A stretch of DNA of 64,000 nucleotides from a virus. Taxonomy: Duplodnaviria > Caudoviricetes. Under the pieces are notes generated by a model. The model saw only the letters and a list, made by a program, of their open reading frames with translations. It did no database searches and was not told where the DNA came from. Of this stretch, positions 38,328-47,900 are shown one piece after another (positions within the stretch are counted from its first letter, which is position 1; each line of letters starts with the position of its first letter). The stretch spans positions 1 through 64,000 of the IMG/VR virus record IMGVR_UViG_3300040801_001355. The stretch is one strand, 5' to 3'. The position numbers and the translations under genes were made by a program.

Positions 38328-40082
38328 ATGACTGAACTACAAGAGAAGTACGGCAACCATTGGGAGAGGGCTGTCCGACATGACGGTGAGTCCATGCACA
38401 ATTTAGAAAAAGGCCGATACGATTGGGCGGCGCTATTTGTATTGGAGCATCTCCAGAGAAATCCAGAGGTCAATATTACTGAGATAGCCTCATCTAATGG
38501 ATACGGCATCAACTATATTTTAAATATAGTAAAGGGATACGTGCCAAATGCTAAAGTCAACGTTACTTGTTACGACTACGACGACAAGGTTTTAAAGCTT
38601 GGCAAGAAAATGTTTGGCAAGAAAGCAAACTCGTGGAGTTACCACCAAAAAGATTTACGCAAAGAAAAGGATGTCCAATCTATTATAGACAACAATAAAG
38701 CTGACATCACGCTATTCTTTGAAGTGTTAGAGCACGTTGAAAATGGCAAAGAACTTGCTGTTGAGTTAGCTGAACAAACATCTGGCATCTTTTTAGCGAG
38801 CACCCCATACAATGAAACGCCTGGATTCTGGGGGCCGCATCACGTCTTGCACAATATAAAGCCCGAAGACTTTAAAGAAGGTGTGTTTGATTGGATGTAT
38901 ATAACTCCGTCTGGTGCGCACGGCTGGAACCCAGTCGCTACAAAACCTGACAACTTATTGATAGGTTCATCAAAAGATGGGGAGGCATGGAATCTCGATT
39001 TTTTACAGAAGCCTACTGTAACCGCTACAGTCTCGACCAAAGGAAGGTACGATACAACCTTGCCATTGACTTTAATGGGGATCGCAACACAAGCGTTATT
39101 GCCTGATGAAGTGATAGTATACGATGATAACGCGCAAGAAGATAGGGTTGACTTTAACAAGCACCCAATATTATCACACATTATTAATCTTTTCGCGATT
39201 AAAAAAGTGCGGTTCAACGTCATCTACGCACCTGGTCAAGGACAAGTACCTAACCATCAGCACGCATTAGATAATTGCACAACTAAATATCTGTGGAGAA
39301 TAGATGATGACAACTTTACAGAAGGCGATGTCTTAGCCAAATTACTAAAGCGCATTGAACAGAGCGATGAGATTGGTGCAGTAGGTGGAAATGTATTCTT
39401 TACAACAAGAAACTTTGTTGCGCCAAAACCAGATTATGTCAAAGCGAACACATCGTATCATCTATACGAAGGGTGTACAAATATGTGGTTTGCACGTACA
39501 GATGAAGAAGAAGTTGACCACTTATATTCTACATTTCTTTATAGAGTAGAAGCGGCTCGTAAAGGTGGCGGGTATCAAGACGACCTTTCTCCTGTTGGGC
39601 ATGGCGAAGAAACGGTGTTTACAGCACGCATTAAAGAGGCTGGGTACAAGTTAATCACTATGCCAAATACAACGACATGGCACATGCAAGAAATGAAGGG
39701 CGGCATCCGCAGTTACTCACATAAATTTATGTGGGACCATGACGAAAAAAGAAAGCGTGAAGCTCTTGATAAATTGGGGTGGGACCCTGAGCCACACGGA
39801 GAAAAGACAATTCTTCTTGAACACGGCTTAGGCGACGTTATTGCATTCAGAGAAGTCTTGGATGAAACTTTAGCTGAGGCAGATGACGATACTAAAATCA
39901 TTATCTTCACAGGATACCAAGAGGTCTTTGAAGATTATTTAGATGACCCACGTGTTGAGTTGTTGTTACCTTCGCAGTTCGTTAAGACAGCAGAACATGG
40001 CACAACATCTGTTTATAAATGGATGAATGAGAATAATTTCAGTGGGCATATTACTGACGCATATAGGAGGATGCACAAATGA
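38328..40082 (+). CDS. SAM-dependent methyltransferase + GT2 glycosyltransferase + N-terminal GT-B (GT9-like) fragment fusion
   Basis: EIASSNGYG/FEVLEHV/STPY; VSTKGRY...DEVIVYDDN, WRIDDD, GEET; C-terminal EHGLGDVIA. Confidence 0.85.
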   Translation: MTELQEKYGNHWERAVRHDGESMHNLEKGRYDWAALFVLEHLQRNPEVNITEIASSNGYGINYILNIVKGYVPNAKVNVTCYDYDDKVLKLGKKMFGKKANSWSYHQKDLRKEKDVQSIIDNNKADITLFFEVLEHVENGKELAVELAEQTSGIFLASTPYNETPGFWGPHHVLHNIKPEDFKEGVFDWMYITPSGAHGWNPVATKPDNLLIGSSKDGEAWNLDFLQKPTVTATVSTKGRYDTTLPLTLMGIATQALLPDEVIVYDDNAQEDRVDFNKHPILSHIINLFAIKKVRFNVIYAPGQGQVPNHQHALDNCTTKYLWRIDDDNFTEGDVLAKLLKRIEQSDEIGAVGGNVFFTTRNFVAPKPDYVKANTSYHLYEGCTNMWFARTDEEEVDHLYSTFLYRVEAARKGGGYQDDLSPVGHGEETVFTARIKEAGYKLITMPNTTTWHMQEMKGGIRSYSHKFMWDHDEKRKREALDKLGWDPEPHGEKTILLEHGLGDVIAFREVLDETLAEADDDTKIIIFTGYQEVFEDYLDDPRVELLLPSQFVKTAEHGTTSVYKWMNENNFSGHITDAYRRMHK

Positions 40083-40555
40083 TTGTATTAATATCACCTT
40101 TTAGCAAGAAGACAATGAATGGCGACCCATCGCCTAAAGACTATCCATACTGGAATGATGTAATTGACATTTTAAAACGTAAATTAAAGGACGATATATA
40201 TATAGTGCAGATTGGCGTTCATGGTGAGGAGAGGCTCAACGGCGTTGATAAGGTTTCCAACAATCTATCGTTCAAAGGTTTAAAAAAAGTTATCAGTGAA
40301 ATAGACGGGTGGGTAGCAGTAGACAATTTCTTTCACCACTTTGTACACGCATATACTCCAGAGGTAAAGGGCGCAGTGTTGTGGGGGCCATCAAGCCCAC
40401 AGCACTTTGGGTATGAAGAACAGCTTAACTTAGTAAAAGACCCTAAGTATTTTAGGCCAGACCAATTTGGTGTATGGCATGATGTAGAGCCAAACCCAGA
40501 CGCTTTCTTAGACCCTGGCACAGTAGCCGATATACTCATCAAAGAATTTGGGTAA
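40079..40555 (+). CDS. GT9/heptosyltransferase-like C-terminal domain
   Basis: ISPFS...KDYPYW, IVQIG, VAVDNFFHH, VLWGPSSP..FGY; ATGA overlap with the upstream gene. Confidence 0.8.
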   Translation: MIVLISPFSKKTMNGDPSPKDYPYWNDVIDILKRKLKDDIYIVQIGVHGEERLNGVDKVSNNLSFKGLKKVISEIDGWVAVDNFFHHFVHAYTPEVKGAVLWGPSSPQHFGYEEQLNLVKDPKYFRPDQFGVWHDVEPNPDAFLDPGTVADILIKEFG

Positions 40556-40580
40556 GTTATTTTTTTTAATTATATTTGCA
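40547..40580 (+). promoter_or_regulatory. Bacteroidota-type promoter for lysis and ejection genes
   Basis: TTTG(40547-40550)-N20-TATATTTGCA(40571-40580). Confidence 0.8.
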
Positions 40581-40592
40581 AGGAGTTCTACG

Positions 40593-40892
40593 ATGGATAA
40601 GAATTTACGTAAAGACGACGATAGAGAGTTTTTAAAGTCGAAAGAGTTATGGGTAGTAGGTGCTGTTGCATTGGCGTTATTTTTACTGACATACTTTTTT
40701 GCCCAAGAGTTTTCAAGTTTTACAGCGGGAATCTTACGCTCGACAATTGTTGTCTTATTCTTAGTCGCAGTAGATAAATTTTTACTCAAAGACATAAGCA
40801 CGATAAATGAAATCAAAAATAACAATATTGCTTTTGGGCTGCTTCTTATGGCTATCGCTATCATCATACACGCAGGATTCGCAGCGGTGTGA
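40593..40892 (+). CDS. putative holin (3 TM)
   Basis: Three hydrophobic segments; SD aaggag; precedes the endolysin. Confidence 0.6.
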   Translation: MDKNLRKDDDREFLKSKELWVVGAVALALFLLTYFFAQEFSSFTAGILRSTIVVLFLVAVDKFLLKDISTINEIKNNNIAFGLLLMAIAIIIHAGFAAV

Positions 40893-41445
40893 CGTAGTAT
40901 GCGAGGCGGAGCAGGAATTGGGCGTCAATAAAAAAGACGACCAAGAACGCATATTGGATTATTTAGAAAGCGTGAATATTACGCGGTACGCTAATTGGTG
41001 TGCCGCGTTTGTACGTTTTATCTTGGATGAGGCTAACGCAAAGTACCCAACAAAAAGGTCTGGAGTTGCACAGCACTATAAATTTAAAGATTCATGGGAC
41101 GCACGAGATGTGTTGAATAAAAAAGTAACAGTACCTCGTGGCTCGATAGTAGTGTGGGCACGACGCAATTCATGGACTGGACATATCGGATTCACCACAA
41201 AAGATTGGAGTGGTAAACGGGGAAATACAATCGAAGGTAATACGACTACATTAATCAAGGGCGGTGGCGAGCAAGAGAGAGCGGGAGGTTACGTTGCAGA
41301 AAAGCGCCGTGCAATTGAACCGTATAACTATTGGCGCATTGTTGCATTTACACGAGTAGAATACAATGAAGAGATGGCTCAAAACAATCATCGCCCTAAT
41401 TGCGATAAGTCTCATCATGTTAGGTTGCTGTCCAAAGATAACTGA
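40807..41445 (+). CDS. CHAP-domain endolysin with N-terminal signal-like segment
   Basis: NWCAAFV, GHIGF, IEGNT; N-terminus MKSKITILLLGCFLWLSLSS. Confidence 0.85.
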   Translation: MKSKITILLLGCFLWLSLSSYTQDSQRCDVVCEAEQELGVNKKDDQERILDYLESVNITRYANWCAAFVRFILDEANAKYPTKRSGVAQHYKFKDSWDARDVLNKKVTVPRGSIVVWARRNSWTGHIGFTTKDWSGKRGNTIEGNTTTLIKGGGEQERAGGYVAEKRRAIEPYNYWRIVAFTRVEYNEEMAQNNHRPNCDKSHHVRLLSKDN

Positions 41446-41818
41446 GACAGGGACCAAAACAGTTGAGGTTATCGACTACATTAACAAGCCAGACGTCGAG
41501 TTTCAAGCTCGGCCTATTACCTATTATAGTGCAGACACATTGCACACTTTAGGCCTTATGAGATTTACTCTTGATACAGTAGTCAAAGTATTCCGCTCTA
41601 ATAAGTGGGTGCATGACACCGTGTCGTTAGAGTATAATGCGGACAGTAATATATTGGACTTCAATATATCAGCAGAAGTTGATACAACTTTTTACAAAGA
41701 AACTACTATTACAAACACAGTCGTTGAACCTACGTCACTTGAAGATAAAGCGTTCTATATTGCCATAGGATTATTTGGCGGCATACTTATAGCAATATTA
41801 TTAAGGAGGGTGGTATGA
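41366..41818 (+). CDS. putative unimolecular spanin
   Basis: Lipoprotein signal ...IMLG|C, beta-rich middle, C-terminal TM AFYIAIGLFGGILIAILL. Confidence 0.7.
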   Translation: MKRWLKTIIALIAISLIMLGCCPKITETGTKTVEVIDYINKPDVEFQARPITYYSADTLHTLGLMRFTLDTVVKVFRSNKWVHDTVSLEYNADSNILDFNISAEVDTTFYKETTITNTVVEPTSLEDKAFYIAIGLFGGILIAILLRRVV

Positions 41819-42789
41819 GTTTATTTGGTCAACTCTTAGGTGCTGGAGGTATGGCATTAGGAGGAGGAGCTGTCGGCACGGCAGGGAATCTTCTTGGCAA
41901 AATAGTACAGAACACAGGTGTAGGACAGTCCTTATCAGAATCTTTTGGCGACAGTCAAGGGTACGAAGGGATGGACGAGGCATTAGGCTTAGCGGCTAAA
42001 CACGCCAACTCACTTCTTATCAATACTAACTCAGCAGGACAACGTGGAGATGCAGCTCGTACGGGGTTCAATATAGCCCAACAAGGCTTTACCCCCGAAG
42101 CAGCAACAACTTCTGCGTACAATAGGGCTTTGTCGCAAGGCGACCAACTTGGTCAAGCAGGAAGACAACAAGCTATGGCGATGGCAAGAGCTGGACAAAT
42201 GGGGGCTGGTCAAGCTGTCGACTCGGCACAAGAAACTGTCAGAGCAATGGGCGGCCCAATGTCCGCGGTGACGGCGGCAGCTCGTGCAGCAGGACAAGGC
42301 GCGTCACAAGCTAACCTTCAAGCACTTGGTCAAGGAAGCCAAGCAATACAACAAGGCTTACAAGGCGCAGCTCAGTTAGGACAAACTGCATCACAAAATA
42401 GAAACGCAGCGTTAGCTCAGCAATACGAAAGAGACGTCAAGCCGTACTGGAATAGAGAAACATCTATGCAAGGTTTAGGTTCATCGTTAGGTAGCACTGG
42501 AGCAAATATAGGCGGGGGCATAGATAGCCGCAACGAAACGATATTTAATTCACCACTTGACACATTAAGTCGTGGCATGAATTACATGGGCGGTGGAATG
42601 TTTGGCAATGCACTTAACAATATGATGAGCGAAGGCAAGACTCCAGAGCAACAAGCCCAAGAACACCCAGTCGGTCAATACGATTTAACAGCAGGTGGCA
42701 ATACACCACCATCATCATTTGGCTGGAATGGCGCTGGGTTATTCCCACCACCACGACGTGGCAATTGGTTAACAAACTTGTTTAATTGA
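41815..42789 (+). CDS. G/A/Q-rich internal virion (ejection/pilot) protein
   Basis: N-terminal LLGAGGMALGGGAVG hydrophobic Gly-rich segment and low-complexity helices. Confidence 0.65.
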   Translation: MSLFGQLLGAGGMALGGGAVGTAGNLLGKIVQNTGVGQSLSESFGDSQGYEGMDEALGLAAKHANSLLINTNSAGQRGDAARTGFNIAQQGFTPEAATTSAYNRALSQGDQLGQAGRQQAMAMARAGQMGAGQAVDSAQETVRAMGGPMSAVTAAARAAGQGASQANLQALGQGSQAIQQGLQGAAQLGQTASQNRNAALAQQYERDVKPYWNRETSMQGLGSSLGSTGANIGGGIDSRNETIFNSPLDTLSRGMNYMGGGMFGNALNNMMSEGKTPEQQAQEHPVGQYDLTAGGNTPPSSFGWNGAGLFPPPRRGNWLTNLFN

Positions 42790-42799
42790 GGAAAATATT

Positions 42800-43342
42800 A
42801 TGGCAACAAAATTAGATAATAGCAGAGGATTTGGTGAAGGCGTCAGTGCTTGGGACAAAATCGCAGATAGACGACATCAGCGCGGGGTAGAATATAACAG
42901 ACAGTTGAATACTGCGATGACGAATCAAGCCCAAGCTTACGAGAAAGCAGAGTCTGATGCAGCTAAGATGGTGGCGACTGGCCACTTAGATGCAAGTCAA
43001 ATTGACAGTTATATGAATCGACGCAACAAAGTTATTCGTCAGCAGTACGACCCAATAGTGCAACAGTACCAAGTACAAGGTATAACCACGAATCCAATGG
43101 GTGATATAGGGGCGCAATTTAACACCACAAGAAGAGGTGTCGAATTTATAAAGCCGTGGCAACTTGGCCAATGGAGACGTAAGCAAGCTATACGCAAAGC
43201 GCTGCACCAAGAGTACGGTAAAGACTATATGATAAATCGTGCGTATGGCGATAATTATTATACAGGTCTAACAGGCAATAAGGTGTCCGCACAATTAGAT
43301 TTAAACAAAATTTTAGGACTACCTACGGCTGAGCCGTGGTAA
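42800..43342 (+). CDS. putative internal virion protein
   Basis: Position within the ejection cluster. Confidence 0.5.
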   Translation: MATKLDNSRGFGEGVSAWDKIADRRHQRGVEYNRQLNTAMTNQAQAYEKAESDAAKMVATGHLDASQIDSYMNRRNKVIRQQYDPIVQQYQVQGITTNPMGDIGAQFNTTRRGVEFIKPWQLGQWRRKQAIRKALHQEYGKDYMINRAYGDNYYTGLTGNKVSAQLDLNKILGLPTAEPW

Positions 43343-43354
43343 TAAGGAGGAGCT

Positions 43355-44935
43355 ATGCCGCAAAACAATAACACATGGATTACAGACCGCGTATTAAGAC
43401 AAGCGGCCGCAGCGATACAAGACCCGCTGGAGTACGGCGACGTTCAGAACCCCGATGGCATTAGTTCGCCTATGGATTTACAGCCTCACCTACCCAAGGA
43501 CGGGGGGTCACTTGGCACGAGCGTGTATACGCCAGAGTCTATTGAAATGTGGAACATCTTGAACAAAGGCCGCACAAACGAAATTCTTCAATTGATGAAT
43601 GATTATAAAACCTCCGTAACGGAACAAAGCCAGAAAATGCAGGACGAAAAATTTCGTATTGCGAATGACCTTGTGCCCCCAAAAGACCAATCAGCTTTTG
43701 CTAAGAGACAACGTCAGAACATAGGTGAGTATGGTGGCGGCGCTTACAGAGAAAGTGTCGATGCGATGCACACCTCATTTGCTCCTCCGTCTTTCGTGGC
43801 TCCCGTTAGAAAGCCTGAGTTGCCAAAGAAAATTGACCCACCAAAACCAACGAGGATGAATGCAAGCCAAAGCGCACCAAGTGGGGCGTCAATTTCAGCG
43901 CGAATGACACAACTTAGATTGCCACGTATATCTACAAACCCACAAGACCAAAGCGTCTTGCACGAAAGAATCGAAGCTAATAAGCATGACCCGATTATCG
44001 ACGGTACGACTGCATTTGAATTTGCGGCTAATGTCGACCAAATAGATGTAGCTGAAACCTATCTGGTAAACTCAGATAACCTTGCCTTAGCGAGTAATCC
44101 ATGGTATCAAAATGGTGCGCTTGTATTTGCAAAAGATGAAGGCGGCAATGCAATCGCTAATGTTGATGAGGCTTTATTACAACAAGCTATCATTGATACA
44201 AAAGCCGACAAGTTTTTTAATGCCAACACGCAGCGCACAGCACTACAAACTATGCACGCTATGTTAGCGACGGAGCTGCGATATGCTGAGTTACAGCAAG
44301 AGAAATATCTGCAAACAGGCTTGGAAAAGGATAGGCCGAGAATTGACGCAGACACTTTGAGTATGTTTAATATCCAAGTCCCACAAAACGATGGCGCGCC
44401 AAGCTTTATATCGTCTATTAATGGTGAGAAGATTATCGAAAAAACAAGTGGCGGCGAGTTGCTTCTTAGCGTAAAAGTTGGGTATGATACTGGTGGGGTT
44501 TTAGGCTCAACCACGCGCAAAGAAAGAGTTATAACAATCCCCGTCGCAGATATTCGAGAAGTTAATAGGTATATCACCGAGCCAGAACTTTTATCAAATC
44601 ATCCGTCAGTTACCAAACTTGCTAACTCGTCTGTTGAAAGCGTTCAGCCTAAACTCGATAAAAAAACCACCACTAAGTTAGCTAATGTATTTAGAAAAGT
44701 CTTGAGAAAATCATATAACTCTGGTAACAATAAAAGTATTATTGCAAAGGACAACGTACAAAGACCTGGACAAAATGGGACGTGGCGTAATGATGCCGAC
44801 GATGTAAAAAACTATACATACGAAAAGCTAATGCAAGATACATTCGGTTCTTACGCAATTGAAATACTACTACAATCAATCACAACAGACCGTAACGCCA
44901 TCCACTCTGGAGGCTTAGGGGTATCTTCTCCATAA
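43355..44935 (+). CDS. putative internal virion protein
   Basis: SD aggagg; 526 aa; position. Confidence 0.55.
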   Translation: MPQNNNTWITDRVLRQAAAAIQDPLEYGDVQNPDGISSPMDLQPHLPKDGGSLGTSVYTPESIEMWNILNKGRTNEILQLMNDYKTSVTEQSQKMQDEKFRIANDLVPPKDQSAFAKRQRQNIGEYGGGAYRESVDAMHTSFAPPSFVAPVRKPELPKKIDPPKPTRMNASQSAPSGASISARMTQLRLPRISTNPQDQSVLHERIEANKHDPIIDGTTAFEFAANVDQIDVAETYLVNSDNLALASNPWYQNGALVFAKDEGGNAIANVDEALLQQAIIDTKADKFFNANTQRTALQTMHAMLATELRYAELQQEKYLQTGLEKDRPRIDADTLSMFNIQVPQNDGAPSFISSINGEKIIEKTSGGELLLSVKVGYDTGGVLGSTTRKERVITIPVADIREVNRYITEPELLSNHPSVTKLANSSVESVQPKLDKKTTTKLANVFRKVLRKSYNSGNNKSIIAKDNVQRPGQNGTWRNDADDVKNYTYEKLMQDTFGSYAIEILLQSITTDRNAIHSGGLGVSSP

Positions 44936-44947
44936 TACGAGGCAATA

Positions 44948-47900
44948 ATGAGTATCAATAGCAACTATCAAGCTTTACAGCCAACATCTTGGTTAGAGGA
45001 AGAGCGCGAAAAAGAAAAGAAACGTCGCGACTCAATACGTCAAACAGAAGAATATCGATCAATATATGGTGGCGACTCGCTTGCCGCGCCGCCTACCCCG
45101 TCTATGGATTTAACAGGAGGGGCGGACGAAGGCCCATCGTGGCTAAACCCTCGTCCTCAAGACCAAGTCAGACAACGCAGGGCTTCTGTTTTTGACATCA
45201 TTAAAAACACTCAATCCGTATTTAACCCTGACGCCAAGCCATTAGGCTATGGTACGGAGTCTGTTGAGATGAATAATATCAGAAGGTTAGCTGCCGATGG
45301 ACAGATAACCATAACAGATAACGGTGATATATTTAGAAATTATTTAGATGACGACGGCAATGTTCAACGCGAAACAATACCAACTCATTATGTGGATACT
45401 AACGAGGGCAAGGTTAAACCTTACTCTTATACTGATGAAGATAAGAAAGAGTGGTGGGAACTTGCACCTAAATTGATTACTCATACCAACCCATTGACTG
45501 CGCCAATTGCGATGGGGTTAGACGCTATTACTAAAAGTACGACAGGACAAATTGATGCAGAGCAATTTGAAACCAAAGCTCGTCAAGAAACTCCTAAGCA
45601 ATTAGACGATGAAGCTTCTCTCAACACAGCGGTCGAACACTTTATGGTGAATCCCGTTGAGAAAGTAGCTGACGCCTTTATGAGTATCGGTACAACTGGG
45701 CGACAACAGGGGGACGTAGATTTATTTAAGAGTGGAGAAGGCAGTAAATATAATACGTACCAAGCAGTAGGGGCTATAGCTAATGATGTGACAACCGCGT
45801 TGACGGCAGGGGTAGTCGCGACAGTTGCGACAGGCGGCGTAGCAACAACTGCGTTAGCTTCTGCTATACCGTCAATACGCGCAACATGGCATGATGTAGC
45901 AAGCGGCAAGATGACTACAACAGGTGGGGTTGAGCAAACCCTTATAGATGTAACAACGTCATGGGGTGGCTTGAAAGTAGCAAAAGCTCTTGGTCCAGCG
46001 TCACGAGCAGGACGACAAGCTATTACTAAAGCAGCAGAAGCAGGATACAACCCGTTTTTAACAGCGTATAAAAATGGAATGCGATATGTTATAGCGCCTA
46101 ACGCTATCAACTTTGGGGTTGATGCAGCGGGGGGTGCAGCTACTGCGGCTATAAATATATCCCAAACACAAGACGTAAACCTACAAGATGCTGAGCAACA
46201 AAAAGCCATAGCTTTACAAGCACTATTGGAAGGTGGGCTGGGGTTATCTCTTGGCATTATTATGGACGCGGTTGATGTTGGCAAGATAAGTAGAAGTATT
46301 AAAAATAATAAAGCCAACACACCTCCCGTTCCAGAAGACCGCAGTGTTAAAGAGAAGTTAGACGATTTAAGACGACAGCAAAATGCAGATAAAGATGATG
46401 GTAATTTAGACGCCAATATAAGAGACGCTGTTGCCCAGCGTTTAATATGGGAGCCTAATTTAACATACGACCCAGATGCTATAGCTACCTCTCTTATTAA
46501 CGACTTTAATATACAACCATCAAAGCACGGGTTATTAGTCGAGCACGTAACTCATGCGATGGAAGCACAGAAATTACTTGCAAATATTAAAAGTTCAGCA
46601 GACGCTAAGTTAGGCTTAGCTGACGAACCTATCGCACAATATGTAACCGATGAAGTGGTCGCGACTGCTTCGGCTATTAAACCAAATAGCAAGGTGTTAA
46701 AAAATTCTGACTTTGTGGCAACGGAGCAGTTGTTAAGCGGCAAAGAGCCAACGGAGGAGTTGCAACGACAATCATTCCGTGAGCTAAATAACATGAGTAA
46801 CCTCATGTATGGGCGAGGTATCGCGGCAGACAATGCAGGTGATTTGCTGTCTGATATGGATAGCTTTAGTAAAGGTGCCGTGCCTTCTAATTATATCCCG
46901 CCGTCTAACTCTTACTATGGCCAAGCATTCGACCAATTAAATACGGTTGAAGGACTGGACGAAACAGTCAGCCAAGGAGCGTTAGAACTTATGGCTCGTG
47001 GCGAAGTATCACAATTACTTAATCAACAATTTGATGTGCTGCAAGAAATAGGTTTATCAGCAGAAGACGCAGGCGATATATTAAAGCATGCGTATCTTGG
47101 GTTAGATAAAGACATGCCTAACTCAGCAGACTTCTTTGACACAATAAATAAGGCAATACAAAAAGACGGTGAGCTTCGTACGCTTGTTGATATAGACAAT
47201 AAACTATCAGACCACATTGACGATAACCATGAGCTGTATGATATATACGGCGATAATTTATTAAGAATTGTGCAGAGGGAACCAGGGTTAAGTTTCGTAC
47301 AGACTCCTGACCCAGCAACGGAAGCAGCTATACAAGTCGAGCCGACTCCCGCAGAAAGCCAGGTACTTGACGAGGCCACCACTAAAATTGTTAACGATAA
47401 TGTTGACGCCATGTCACCCGAAGCTAAAGAAGATGTCGCAACTAATCTAAAGAACTTAGAGAGCGACAAAGTGGGCGGGGAAGATGCGGCAAAAGAAACA
47501 ACTGACTTCCTTAGTGGTAGCCCAAAGCGTGAAGAAAACGTAGCTAAATATGAAGCAGCTCAAAATGACGCATCTAATCAAGCGGAGGAAACTACTAATC
47601 GTCACAATTTAACTCAGAACCGCGATAATAAAATGATGCAGCTGTGGAATGATTGGGTTAATAAACGTCGGACAAAGAAGTTTTGGGGTGCATTTGGCAA
47701 AGACTTAGAGATAGATGATGATTCAGAAGGCGCGTGGGATTATACGTTTGGGCGCGATATAACAGGAGTCTTCGAGCCAACGGCCAATTGGCCTTATGGG
47801 CTTGTGGCTATACGCACAAAAAACGCATCTAATATTAAGTTTCCAACGTTAACTGATGCGGGCATCAGCTCTCCTCCGTTAACTATAGGCAATGAAACCC

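Noticed and set aside
45583-46416. 277-aa antisense ORF (also 28959-29618 and other long minus-strand ORFs within virion genes)
   Set aside because: These are shadows of Ala/Thr-rich or repetitive sense genes, with no SD, promoter or motif support.
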